From assembly GCA_964648855.1 (NCBI GenBank), contig CAZYLT010000029.1:1-19063 (forward strand): 19,063 bases of DNA, read 5' to 3'. The notes under the pieces were generated by a model, which was given only the letters and a program-made list of their open reading frames with translations, did no database searches and was not told where the DNA came from. Each line of letters opens with the position of its first letter. Positions within the stretch are counted from its first letter, which is position 1. The DNA comes from an uncultured archaeon (lineage in GTDB: Archaea > Asgardarchaeota > Thorarchaeia > Thorarchaeales > Thorarchaeaceae). Below, one piece after another: positions 7,982 through 16,874 of the stretch. The position numbers and the translations under genes are program-made.

Positions 7982-8488
7982 TTACACATTATTAATGGAT
8001 TGCTGAAACAAAGATGCCCTTAGATGTTTCTTGAAATTTCTATCAGCCAACAGAAGCGGACGATATATGCCATCAAGAAGAGTAGTAGCATTCGCAACAG
8101 CTTGTCTATCAATGGCCGCATCTCTGCTCTTGCTGCCGTGGAAAAGGTTGCATCTTACTTGATAAATGACTTCAACAATGTTTTCAAAGTCCTCATCGGA
8201 TGCAGGCTTGTAGATGCCCTTGGTTTTCATGTTCTTGATCCCATTTTCAATAAACCAATCGATTGCCTCACACATCTCTGGATTCGACTCGCGTGCCTTT
8301 TCGAACGTATGATTGTAGTTCTCTTTGAACCAGTCTATCATATCACGGTCTGTATTCTCATTGGATTCTCGAGCAAGCCATGCATTGAATGATATCCAAA
8401 GATAGATGAATCGGTCAAAATCGGCCATTTCGTATCTATCAAACCACTCAGAAACCAAGTCTTTGAATGGAACTTGTGTCAAACTCAT
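7982..8488 (-). CDS. Stand-alone HEPN-domain protein (ApeA-like HEPN pattern), putative RNase
   Basis: N-terminal RFIYLWISFNAW helix and Rx4H motif YQVRCNLFHGSK. Confidence 0.75.
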   Translation of the reverse strand: MSLTQVPFKDLVSEWFDRYEMADFDRFIYLWISFNAWLARESNENTDRDMIDWFKENYNHTFEKARESNPEMCEAIDWFIENGIKNMKTKGIYKPASDEDFENIVEVIYQVRCNLFHGSKSRDAAIDRQAVANATTLLDGIYRPLLLADRNFKKHLRASLFQQSINNV

Positions 8489-8626
8489 AGTATCACATGA
8501 AGAAACAGTGCTAAGAAGAACAAGAATGTTTGGTATCCAAATGACCTAAGAATCAACAGGACTCTAATTTAACGGATTCTGATAGTGCAAAATGCGTTTC
8601 AAGATAAAGGACGGGTTAGTTTCTTG

Positions 8627-11437
8627 CTACCACTTTATGCTCGAAGTTAGCAATGTTTCGTCTTTCTCAACATTGACCACTCGGTCTGCTACTCTATGAA
8701 ACTCATCGTCGTGCGTTACGATAACTATCTGATTAGCGGGGCTTACACGCGAGAGGGTTTCCACGAGTTCAGTCTTCCGTTGGTCGTCAAGATATGCGGT
8801 AGGCTCATCTAACATTAGCAAATCACTGCTAGCCAGTGCTCGTGCAAAGCCCAGTCTGACTGCTAGCCCTGCTAGAACTTGCTCGCCCCCAGACAGCCTG
8901 CTCATGGGTTCAAATGTTCCAAACCTCGATATCTGAAGGTCATGGTTCTCACCGATTCTAATCCTGTCATATTCGTTGGATCCTATTAGCGTCTTGAATA
9001 TCTCAGTGGCATGGTTAGATGCTCGTGCAGTGTCTCTTTTCCTCAGGGGTTTCTGGACTTCTCTGAAAAATTCTCTAACTTTAGACACAACCGCAAGCGC
9101 TGTAGTTGCTCTCTCTTCTTTTTCTGTCACCTTTTCAATTTCCTCTGCTGCCTTCTTGGATTCTTCGAATAGCTCTTTGGCATTAGGAATAAGTTCATTC
9201 TCCAATGTTTCAATACTCTCATCTAGTCTGGTAACCGCTTCTTCTAATGCCCCAACCTCTTCTCGCAATTCTGTGTGTTTCTCAGTATCATAGGATTTCT
9301 TCAAATCGGACAGCTCGTCCTCGTCTTCCTTCTGTTCAGTCTTCAGCTTGGTTAGATACTCAAGTGTGTTCTTAATACCGGAAAGGTCATGTATCAAATC
9401 TCTAAGAGCTTGTTCCTGAATTTCTAACTCAGCTATCTCTTTTTTGAGGCCTTCGACCTTCCCATGAGGGTCTTTGGCTTTCATCTCCGATATTTCCTCA
9501 TCAAGTGTTTCAAGCCGAGAGTGAGCTTTTTCAATATCCAATTCTAGCTCAGGCAGGTCTTCAGAAATAGTGCTCAGTCTATCCAATTCCTTGATTGATT
9601 CTTCTAGTTTCTGCTTTTCTTTGCCAAGTGATTCTGAATCATATTCACTCAATGCGTCTGCTATTTCATCGACCTCACTATTTGTTTCATGCAATTGCTC
9701 TCTTTTCTGACCAAGCTCGACTGATGTATCTGTATCAATTTTTAAATAGAGCCGAGCCTGCTTTATTAGCTCGGTTCTCCTCCGGAGTTCTTCCTTTTCC
9801 TTCTGATTTTCATTCAAAGTGCTTTCAAGCTCGAATTCTTCAGCTAGAAGAACATCCAATTCCTCTTCGGTTTGAAGCAATTTATCTTTGATTTCACTTC
9901 GCAATCTTTCTGCATGTTCATCATTTACAATTTGCTTGCATTTCGGACACTTCTTCCCTTTTATATCAGACAAGTCATCCAAGTCATTTTTGTACCGGTC
10001 AATTTGACCACGTTTTCTTCCTTTCTCATTCTGGATTTTTTGAAGTTCAGAGCGGGCCTTTTCTTCTTGACTCTTCACGCTCCGTAATTTGGGAGAAAGA
10101 CTTCTCAAGTCAGTATTGGCAAGTTCTTTCCAATCATCTCCAACCTCCTCGATTGCAGCCGACTCATTTTCTTGCAGGCGCGCTTCTAAGGCATCTATAG
10201 ACAATCGGAGATCCTGAAGTTGTTCGAGAGCATTCTCGTGTTGTGATTCGAGGTCTGATAGTTCAGATATGCGGGACTCGACTTCATCCTTCTGCGACGT
10301 GAATTCATCTCTCCTACTGGATAATGTTTTCGTCCATTTCTCAGTTTCATCTTCACTCAATGCTGGTTCAAACGAGAGTATCCTTTGTCGCTTGCTTTCT
10401 ACCTCTTGTTCCTTTTTGGTTAACTCGCTCTTTCGAGTCTCATAATTCTGTTCACGATGCTTCAGACTTTCTACCTTCTGTGAGTACTCGTCTTTAGCAA
10501 TTCTTTTGGATTCTAGCTCTTCTTTGATCGCATGATGTGTTTCCTGAGCGGCACCTATCAAACTCTCTACCTTTGATTGCTCGATGATTTCCGGTATTTC
10601 AAAATCAACCTTCTCGGCGTGTTTTTTGATTGACCTTATGTACTTGGTCTTATCTTCAGCAGTGCGTTCTATTGTACCATTCCGCTGCTTTGCCTGAGTT
10701 TCTAGTGTTGAAATTCGCTTTTCAATGTCATTCAATTCATCCAGATCTGATTTCTTGGCTTTCAGGTCTTTTCTTAGTTGCTTAATCTCGCCTTTCTTTT
10801 CTTCCTTCTGTGCTCGTTTTGTTTCGAGCTCCTTTTTCCGTTCATCCAATTTTGATGCGGGTTCTTTGTAGGCTTCAATTACGTCAGCAGCCCGTTCAAT
10901 ATCATTTTCTAAAGTGTTCATAATTTGTCGGCATCTGCCCCACGCAACTTCATAGTCATGTAATCCCAAGAGTTTATCGAAGAGCTTCTTTCGGTCACTC
11001 TTCTTCATGCCAATGATTTGCGCTATCTCCCCTTGTCCAACAAGAATAACATCACTGAATATCTCTCTGCTGATTTCAAGTTTTTCAGATATCTCATTGG
11101 TCACAACTGACTGCTTTTCTGCGATGGGTGGTGAATCTCGAGATGTGAGCAAGAATGCCTCGGGAGAGCCTGATGCTCTCAGTTTCCTTTGAACAATATA
11201 CTCCTGTCCTCTATGCTCGAATTCCAGTTCAAATTCCGCATAATCTTTTCCTATCCTCACCATTTCGTCATTATTCCCTGGAGGATAGTAACCGTATAGA
11301 GAGTAAAGGATGGACTGGAGAATGGTGCTCTTGCCAGAACCATTCCTTCCGATAATCACGGTCTTACCACTGGCAAAGCTGACCTCTGAGTCTTCAAAGC
11401 ACTTTACATCATTCATCTTGAGATTACGGAGTATCAA
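8627..11437 (-). CDS. rad50: DNA double-strand break repair ATPase Rad50
   Basis: Walker A GRNGSGKS, Q-loop VGQGEI, coiled coils, Zn hook CPKC, signature LSGGE, Walker B/D-loop LMLDEPTAYLD, H-loop VTHD. TTG start overlaps the mre11 stop (TTGA). Confidence 0.96.
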   Translation of the reverse strand: MILRNLKMNDVKCFEDSEVSFASGKTVIIGRNGSGKSTILQSILYSLYGYYPPGNNDEMVRIGKDYAEFELEFEHRGQEYIVQRKLRASGSPEAFLLTSRDSPPIAEKQSVVTNEISEKLEISREIFSDVILVGQGEIAQIIGMKKSDRKKLFDKLLGLHDYEVAWGRCRQIMNTLENDIERAADVIEAYKEPASKLDERKKELETKRAQKEEKKGEIKQLRKDLKAKKSDLDELNDIEKRISTLETQAKQRNGTIERTAEDKTKYIRSIKKHAEKVDFEIPEIIEQSKVESLIGAAQETHHAIKEELESKRIAKDEYSQKVESLKHREQNYETRKSELTKKEQEVESKRQRILSFEPALSEDETEKWTKTLSSRRDEFTSQKDEVESRISELSDLESQHENALEQLQDLRLSIDALEARLQENESAAIEEVGDDWKELANTDLRSLSPKLRSVKSQEEKARSELQKIQNEKGRKRGQIDRYKNDLDDLSDIKGKKCPKCKQIVNDEHAERLRSEIKDKLLQTEEELDVLLAEEFELESTLNENQKEKEELRRRTELIKQARLYLKIDTDTSVELGQKREQLHETNSEVDEIADALSEYDSESLGKEKQKLEESIKELDRLSTISEDLPELELDIEKAHSRLETLDEEISEMKAKDPHGKVEGLKKEIAELEIQEQALRDLIHDLSGIKNTLEYLTKLKTEQKEDEDELSDLKKSYDTEKHTELREEVGALEEAVTRLDESIETLENELIPNAKELFEESKKAAEEIEKVTEKEERATTALAVVSKVREFFREVQKPLRKRDTARASNHATEIFKTLIGSNEYDRIRIGENHDLQISRFGTFEPMSRLSGGEQVLAGLAVRLGFARALASSDLLMLDEPTAYLDDQRKTELVETLSRVSPANQIVIVTHDDEFHRVADRVVNVEKDETLLTSSIKW

Positions 11438-12663
11438 TGTTCCTCGCCTCCTAAAACAGGAAAATTGCTCCTACCTTCTACGAATTCATAGAGCCTATCG
11501 AGTAGGGTTGCCTCTGCCTTATCATCCATGGATTGGGTAAGAATCTCCTTCATATCCTTAGCCAAACTGACCCACTCATTGGCATTCTCTTCGGGAACTC
11601 CTAATCGATGAACAAAGACCTCCTGCATAACTTCTGCATCAGAAGCACTCTCACGAATAGGCGGTCCTGCATACTCCATCTCGGGTACTATATTGACATA
11701 GAATGCCTTCTCTGTTTCTCGGGCCAATTTGTTTATGTCCAATGTTTGCTGGGTATCGCTAAGGACCCCTCTTACGTCCACTCTGATTATTGCATCCTCT
11801 TCATCCAGCTCTTGCAAGGCGTCAGCTACAGCGTCTGATGCCTCAGAGATGGTCACCGTTCCTAATTCTAGGATTTTCCTTTTCTTTGGTCTGACTTCAT
11901 ATTCTAGCCTGTTGATTTCTGGCTTCCACTTGTTTGCAGTTCTTGTCAAAACTACCAGAGCAGCTGATCGCTTTGGCGTGTCCCATTCTTCTGCGGATAC
12001 ATGTTCTGTGGAGCCGGTACAGCACATGGTCTGTGACCCATTGACCCACCATCCATGATAATGCCCTAATGCGATATAGTCGAAGCCGAGAATGTCAAGA
12101 GAATATTCGCTAAGCTGCGCAGAGGACAGCATATTCTCTAAGAATTCATGCAAAAGCAAGATATTAGGTGTATCACCCGGTTCCAACAACTGTTTGTTTT
12201 CTTCAACAAGTTCACCGAGCCTCTTCTGGGGCTCAGCGCCGTAATAACCGACACCCCAAACCCTGACCGAACGCCCGTCTGTTAAATTGACTTCTTCGTA
12301 TTTGTCTTCAAGAAGATTGACCAGTCCGAGGTCTTGAAAGACATGAATTTCATTTCCGCCCTGTCGTTTACTCCATGCGTATGAAGCGTCATGGTTCCCA
12401 CGAATAGCAAAGACAGGAATCTCCTTTTCTTTGAATACATTGAAAACTTTGATAGCTTGTCTTTGGTCTACAGGATATGGTCGTGGGCGATGAAAGATGT
12501 CCCCCGGTACCAAAATCAAGTCGGGGTCTTGTTCAACCAGCAGTTCTGCCGCACTAATTGCAGCATTGTAGAAATCCTTGATCCGGTCATATTTTCCATA
12601 CTGTCTATATCCCAAATGTAGGTCAGACATCTGACCCATTCGTATCTCCTCATTCTCACTCAA
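11434..12663 (-). CDS. mre11: DNA double-strand break repair nuclease Mre11
   Basis: Phosphoesterase motifs SDLHLG, GDIFH, GNHD, LLLHE, LGHYH. TTG at 12663 overlaps the herA stop (TTGA). Confidence 0.95.
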   Translation of the reverse strand: MSENEEIRMGQMSDLHLGYRQYGKYDRIKDFYNAAISAAELLVEQDPDLILVPGDIFHRPRPYPVDQRQAIKVFNVFKEKEIPVFAIRGNHDASYAWSKRQGGNEIHVFQDLGLVNLLEDKYEEVNLTDGRSVRVWGVGYYGAEPQKRLGELVEENKQLLEPGDTPNILLLHEFLENMLSSAQLSEYSLDILGFDYIALGHYHGWWVNGSQTMCCTGSTEHVSAEEWDTPKRSAALVVLTRTANKWKPEINRLEYEVRPKKRKILELGTVTISEASDAVADALQELDEEDAIIRVDVRGVLSDTQQTLDINKLARETEKAFYVNIVPEMEYAGPPIRESASDAEVMQEVFVHRLGVPEENANEWVSLAKDMKEILTQSMDDKAEATLLDRLYEFVEGRSNFPVLGGEEH

Positions 12664-14246
12664 TTCCAATCCCGCCTCTCAAAGGCACCATCGCCATCAT
12701 GTCGAGGAGCTTCCCTTTGAGTATTTCGCCCCTCTTCATTGTTCCAAGATCCTATAACATCGATGTCTTCACCGCCGAGAGACCCCTCGTACTTGTCAAT
12801 CTTGACCAATGCAGGAAGATTGACTGCGGGTCCGAAGACCACAGCTTCGCCCACATTCAAGCTAGGTAGCTCTTGCATCAAATCTTTGCTCAGCGCTTCT
12901 GCTGAGTTTTCGATGTTGCTTTGATCTCTTGGATTCACAACACGCAACACAATCATGCTATTACATTGGGAGAGAACATTGGAGTCTATTTTTCCGGGCC
13001 TTTGCGATACAACACAGAGACCTACCCCGAATTTCCTTCCTTCGGACGCAATTCTGCGGAGAATTCTCTTTGATGTGGACCATCCCTCAGTGGGTATGAA
13101 GTTATGACACTCTTCAACAACCAGTAAAACGGGGCCGGGTATGGAGTCCTCACCTTCAATACTACGACGCCATGCTACAGCTCCTCGCAGAATCTTTTGA
13201 GCAACTCTCCGGACAGCTGCTTGTTGGACATCAGTATCAAGACCAGCCAATGACAGCACAGTCATGCATCCCTCATTTACTATGCCGGGAGAAGTTACAT
13301 CCCCAGCTAACGGAACTTCTTGAGTGGGATCCAAAATAGCAAATTCTGTTGCTTCACCCATTAGGCTGAGCAAGGCTCGATACTGGTCTGAGTTTTCCCC
13401 ACCGTCTGCTTGCCTTAATGCCTCTTCCAAATCATCTCTACCCCATTCCCGACCCTCGAGTCGTTCGAATGCATCTCTGAAAAGCTCCCTCTGCCTGTTA
13501 GCATTTGATCGTACTCTCAGAATTGAAAGAAAATCATCAGCCGAGAAACTATTGAATCTGAACCTCAGTGGGTGGATTCTTCGTGACCTATCAGCCTCAA
13601 TGGAGAATGAAACCACCCTCTCTCCCAACTCGTTGCGCATAGACACGTATTCACTATGGGGATCTATGACCACGATAGAGCCGCCCAGTTCCAATATCCT
13701 TGAAGCAATTACAGCTACAGTATTCCCTTTTCCACCCCCAGTTATCGCTAATATTGCCAAGTGCCGCCGTACAACCTCATTGACATCAAGTCTAACTCGA
13801 ACATCCTCACTGGTAAGGAGATGACCCACCTCAATATGGCCTTGACCAAAGGCCTGAGAAAGCAGTTCTGTGGGAGCTCGGGAAACGTCTGCGCCAGGTG
13901 GAGGCGAGAAACGAGGTATCTCCAGTTCGTTTGCCTCGTTCAAATAGCCCATAATGCGAGCATTTGCGGTCAGGATTTCGCCATCTGTCAAATCACCAAT
14001 TCGCCTCAATGCTTCAAACTCTCTTGGACTTGTTAGGATTGAATTTGGCATATTGAGATTAGTAACACCAATCTCGGACACGGATGCTAGTACGGGTTGT
14101 TCCAAATCCCCACATCCGTATTCTATTACCAAATACTCACCAAGCCGAAGAGGATTTGTCCTGACGACTGATGGATCAATACAAATTGTTACTTCAATCG
14201 GGGTTGTTGTTCCCAGAAGATTTCCAATTACTTGTCGATTGCTCAT
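12660..14246 (-). CDS. herA: HerA DNA translocase/helicase
   Basis: N-terminal HAS barrel, RHLAILAITGGGKGNT, VVIDPHSEY, Walker B VVEECH, EGRKFGVGLCVVSQRP. GGTGA RBS. Confidence 0.95.
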   Translation of the reverse strand: MSNRQVIGNLLGTTTPIEVTICIDPSVVRTNPLRLGEYLVIEYGCGDLEQPVLASVSEIGVTNLNMPNSILTSPREFEALRRIGDLTDGEILTANARIMGYLNEANELEIPRFSPPPGADVSRAPTELLSQAFGQGHIEVGHLLTSEDVRVRLDVNEVVRRHLAILAITGGGKGNTVAVIASRILELGGSIVVIDPHSEYVSMRNELGERVVSFSIEADRSRRIHPLRFRFNSFSADDFLSILRVRSNANRQRELFRDAFERLEGREWGRDDLEEALRQADGGENSDQYRALLSLMGEATEFAILDPTQEVPLAGDVTSPGIVNEGCMTVLSLAGLDTDVQQAAVRRVAQKILRGAVAWRRSIEGEDSIPGPVLLVVEECHNFIPTEGWSTSKRILRRIASEGRKFGVGLCVVSQRPGKIDSNVLSQCNSMIVLRVVNPRDQSNIENSAEALSKDLMQELPSLNVGEAVVFGPAVNLPALVKIDKYEGSLGGEDIDVIGSWNNEEGRNTQREAPRHDGDGAFERRDWN

Positions 14247-14257
14247 TTCTTAATCAC

Positions 14258-15310
14258 CTATCCAAACATGCTTCTCCTTTGTGCTCCGAAAACGAATTTT
14301 GCCGTATTCATGTCCTCTTTTGCAATTGAAGACATGATTAAGCGAGCCAACGATTCAGATAATGCATCCGGAATCATTGCCCGGTTATGGACTATATGTG
14401 ACGGTAGAAGATACCCGTTCCCATCATGCATTGACACAGCGAATCCTTTGACCTCATCAAGACGGTTCTCTTGACTCCTGAGTGTGTCAAGACGAAAGAC
14501 CCGTCCGTGTGGCTTCATAATTCCAAACATGGTCTGGAAATCAGCTCTACCATCGATTAGAATGGACTTGGACTCTAAGAATTGTTTCACTCGTGGAATC
14601 TCAAGATACTTGGCATCCATTACAGGGGTGAAACCGGTTCTTCCACCAGCGTATAGCGCAAGGGTTGCACTGTCATTCAGCTTTCTTGGGAAGTTGTATT
14701 CTCTTGAGAGGAGTCGAGACCTCGGGTCCTTTGCGGCACCAATGAGAGGAACCTCTAAGGTCTGGCATTGCTGAATTAGAATATCGAATCGCTGTAGGAA
14801 TCGCATATATGAGCGGAAATACTCATAGTGTGGGCTATCGTCTGGCTGTGGATGCGTGAAGTAGTATAGACTCGAGTGAGGAACCCCTTGGGTTGCATAG
14901 CTGGCGAGTCCGTTGTCCAAGACAGCAAACTCCGGATTATTATTGAGTAATTCAAGTATGCATTCTATTTCGAGTATATCACGTTCTATTCCTACAAACC
15001 TGTCCACGTTTCTAGGAAGGCTCGTGAACCCAGCATCCATTCTTTCATACCATTTGATAGACTCGTTGGGTCGAAACAGACCTGCTGCAGCCCTGATCAC
15101 ATACAGGCTTCCTCCGACTAGGTCGAGATATGCTGAGCCACCATCAACCCATGCGGACGTGATTTTATCATCTGATGGTGGAGGAAAATCTAATTCCAAA
15201 TCCACGCCTCTGAGTTGGTTCTGGGTGTCCCTCATCTCGTGAATCACATTTTCAGAGAAGTTTCTGACTTTCGTTAACCAATGCTCATCGACTTCCTCAT
15301 CTGCTTGCAT
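14258..15310 (-). CDS. nurA: NurA 5'-3' nuclease
   Basis: AWVDGGS, E...E, AVLDNGL, GAAKD, GYLLPSHIVHNRA; directly upstream of herA. Confidence 0.88.
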   Translation of the reverse strand: MQADEEVDEHWLTKVRNFSENVIHEMRDTQNQLRGVDLELDFPPPSDDKITSAWVDGGSAYLDLVGGSLYVIRAAAGLFRPNESIKWYERMDAGFTSLPRNVDRFVGIERDILEIECILELLNNNPEFAVLDNGLASYATQGVPHSSLYYFTHPQPDDSPHYEYFRSYMRFLQRFDILIQQCQTLEVPLIGAAKDPRSRLLSREYNFPRKLNDSATLALYAGGRTGFTPVMDAKYLEIPRVKQFLESKSILIDGRADFQTMFGIMKPHGRVFRLDTLRSQENRLDEVKGFAVSMHDGNGYLLPSHIVHNRAMIPDALSESLARLIMSSIAKEDMNTAKFVFGAQRRSMFG

Positions 15311-15460
15311 TATCAGTTTTCCACCCCTGTGCTACGGATGATACCGGAGCTCATTACAAATCCACATTATTTCAATGAATGTGTTCTATATCAATCCATG
15401 TTTCATTATCATTAATCTCGGTTTCTCCGAGCTAATTGAGCAATAGACTAAAGACGCCAG

Positions 15461-15645
15461 CATAAGTCAACTGCATTCGTTATCTGGAAATAGCATTCAC
15501 CGAAGCCCAAAATCCACTCATTTTTAATAGCTTCTGAAAAGAATAGAGAGCGCTCAACAGCACAATAGCAAGGGTAACTCCTTTTTCTGGTGAACCTGGA
15601 TTGCACCCCAACCCGTTAGGCCCAATTCTTCCGCTGCTTCTGCTA
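15461..15645 (+). repeat. Dispersed composite repeat, copy 4 (most diverged)
   Basis: Frame IRYLEIAFTEAQNPLIFNSF* (15475-15537), core GCTCAAC (15552) ... AAGGGTAACTCC ... TTGCACC ... AACCC-GTTAGGC (15621), tail CTTCCGCTGCTTCTGCT. Confidence 0.85.
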
Positions 15646-15659
15646 CTATGAGTAGAATC

Positions 15660-16874
15660 TCATAGAATCTCTTGAATGAAAGATAGTAGACTATTTTCTG
15701 ATTCTTTGATATTTCGCATATCGAAACCATATTCGACTATTTCTTTGCCATGAAATTTCTCCGATTGGATTTGTAATCCTTCTTGCCAGGATGGAAAGAT
15801 CAATGCTATCGTGTCAACATCATATTTCTGGACATATGTGATTGCTTGATTAATATCGGGACGAGTGAGACTCTCTTTATATTTCATATCCATTACCATA
15901 ACAGGTATTTCTTCATAATAGATTACCAAATCGGGTCGTATCATATAACGTTGTGAGCTTTCAAACAAGTACTTGGATTCCTGAAATCTGACACCATATT
16001 TCTTAGAAATTACCGAGTCCCTTATCAAATAGTAAATGTATCTCTCGAAGACGTCATTCATATCAACTAGAAATGATGAGATTCTAATCTTGCCGAAAGA
16101 TTCTAGTTCTATCTGCGTATTGCCGATAATGAACAATGCCATTTCAAGAATGTCATAATAGTAGTATCTAGTAGATGGAACTTTGTTCCTTTCAATCTTC
16201 TCTCTCACATCGGCGACTGAATTTGAATCCCAAGACAAGGTTATGTCTTTGAACCACCTGTACTTTGATATGAGAGAGGCTCGCAAATTTGAGCCGATTT
16301 TGCCTTCACTCAGATACAATAAAGAGTAGAGTGCCAGCTTGACTATCCTGTTCTCTCTGTTATCATCGGTGGTCTGAACGCCATTGCACACAATCCCGGT
16401 TTGGTCTCCCCTAATCCACTTTGCAAGAGTCGGTTCGATTAGTACCCTACCACGTACTTTGTTGTGCATAATCTTCCGCTCTGAAAGCTTCAGGAGCCCG
16501 TATCTTCTAAGCTCATCCAGCATTTCAAGAAACGAAACGACGATAAAATCAAACAGATTATCACATTGCGAAACCTTTTCGGTATTCGACACAGCTTGGA
16601 TTTGTGCCAGATTTGCATTAGGAATATTTCCAGTGGTCGTTCTTGACTTGCCTAGGATATATAGAAAATCGTTAATCTTCGCCTTTGGATTGATGACTAT
16701 AGTTGTATTCTCGTTAATAGGAAGAATACCGACATAATTCAGTGCCTTGAATCTTAAGCCTTCTCTTGAATAGATAGGCTTCAAATATTTCTCAATACCC
16801 GGATAGTAATCCATTTCAGCTCTGAAAATGTTGCTTGATCTCCACTCTTGTAGAGGGATTCTATTCCTCTTCAC
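15660..16874 (-). CDS. mcrC: McrC-family PD-(D/E)xK restriction nuclease subunit
   Basis: NYVGIL, DMNDVFERY, IRPDLVI...MDMKYK, DINQAITY. GTG 16874, overlapping the end of mcrB, preferred over 16928. Confidence 0.88.
   Translation of the reverse strand: MKRNRIPLQEWRSSNIFRAEMDYYPGIEKYLKPIYSREGLRFKALNYVGILPINENTTIVINPKAKINDFLYILGKSRTTTGNIPNANLAQIQAVSNTEKVSQCDNLFDFIVVSFLEMLDELRRYGLLKLSERKIMHNKVRGRVLIEPTLAKWIRGDQTGIVCNGVQTTDDNRENRIVKLALYSLLYLSEGKIGSNLRASLISKYRWFKDITLSWDSNSVADVREKIERNKVPSTRYYYYDILEMALFIIGNTQIELESFGKIRISSFLVDMNDVFERYIYYLIRDSVISKKYGVRFQESKYLFESSQRYMIRPDLVIYYEEIPVMVMDMKYKESLTRPDINQAITYVQKYDVDTIALIFPSWQEGLQIQSEKFHGKEIVEYGFDMRNIKESENSLLSFIQEIL

Noticed and set aside
8976-15242. Numerous + strand ORFs of 60-166 aa opposite rad50, mre11, herA and nurA (and similar ones opposite other genes)
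   Set aside because: Antisense shadows of well-supported genes, with no recognisable motifs.
1-15645. Repeats as a CRISPR array
   Set aside because: The copies are kilobases apart, long and divergent, and there are no cas genes.
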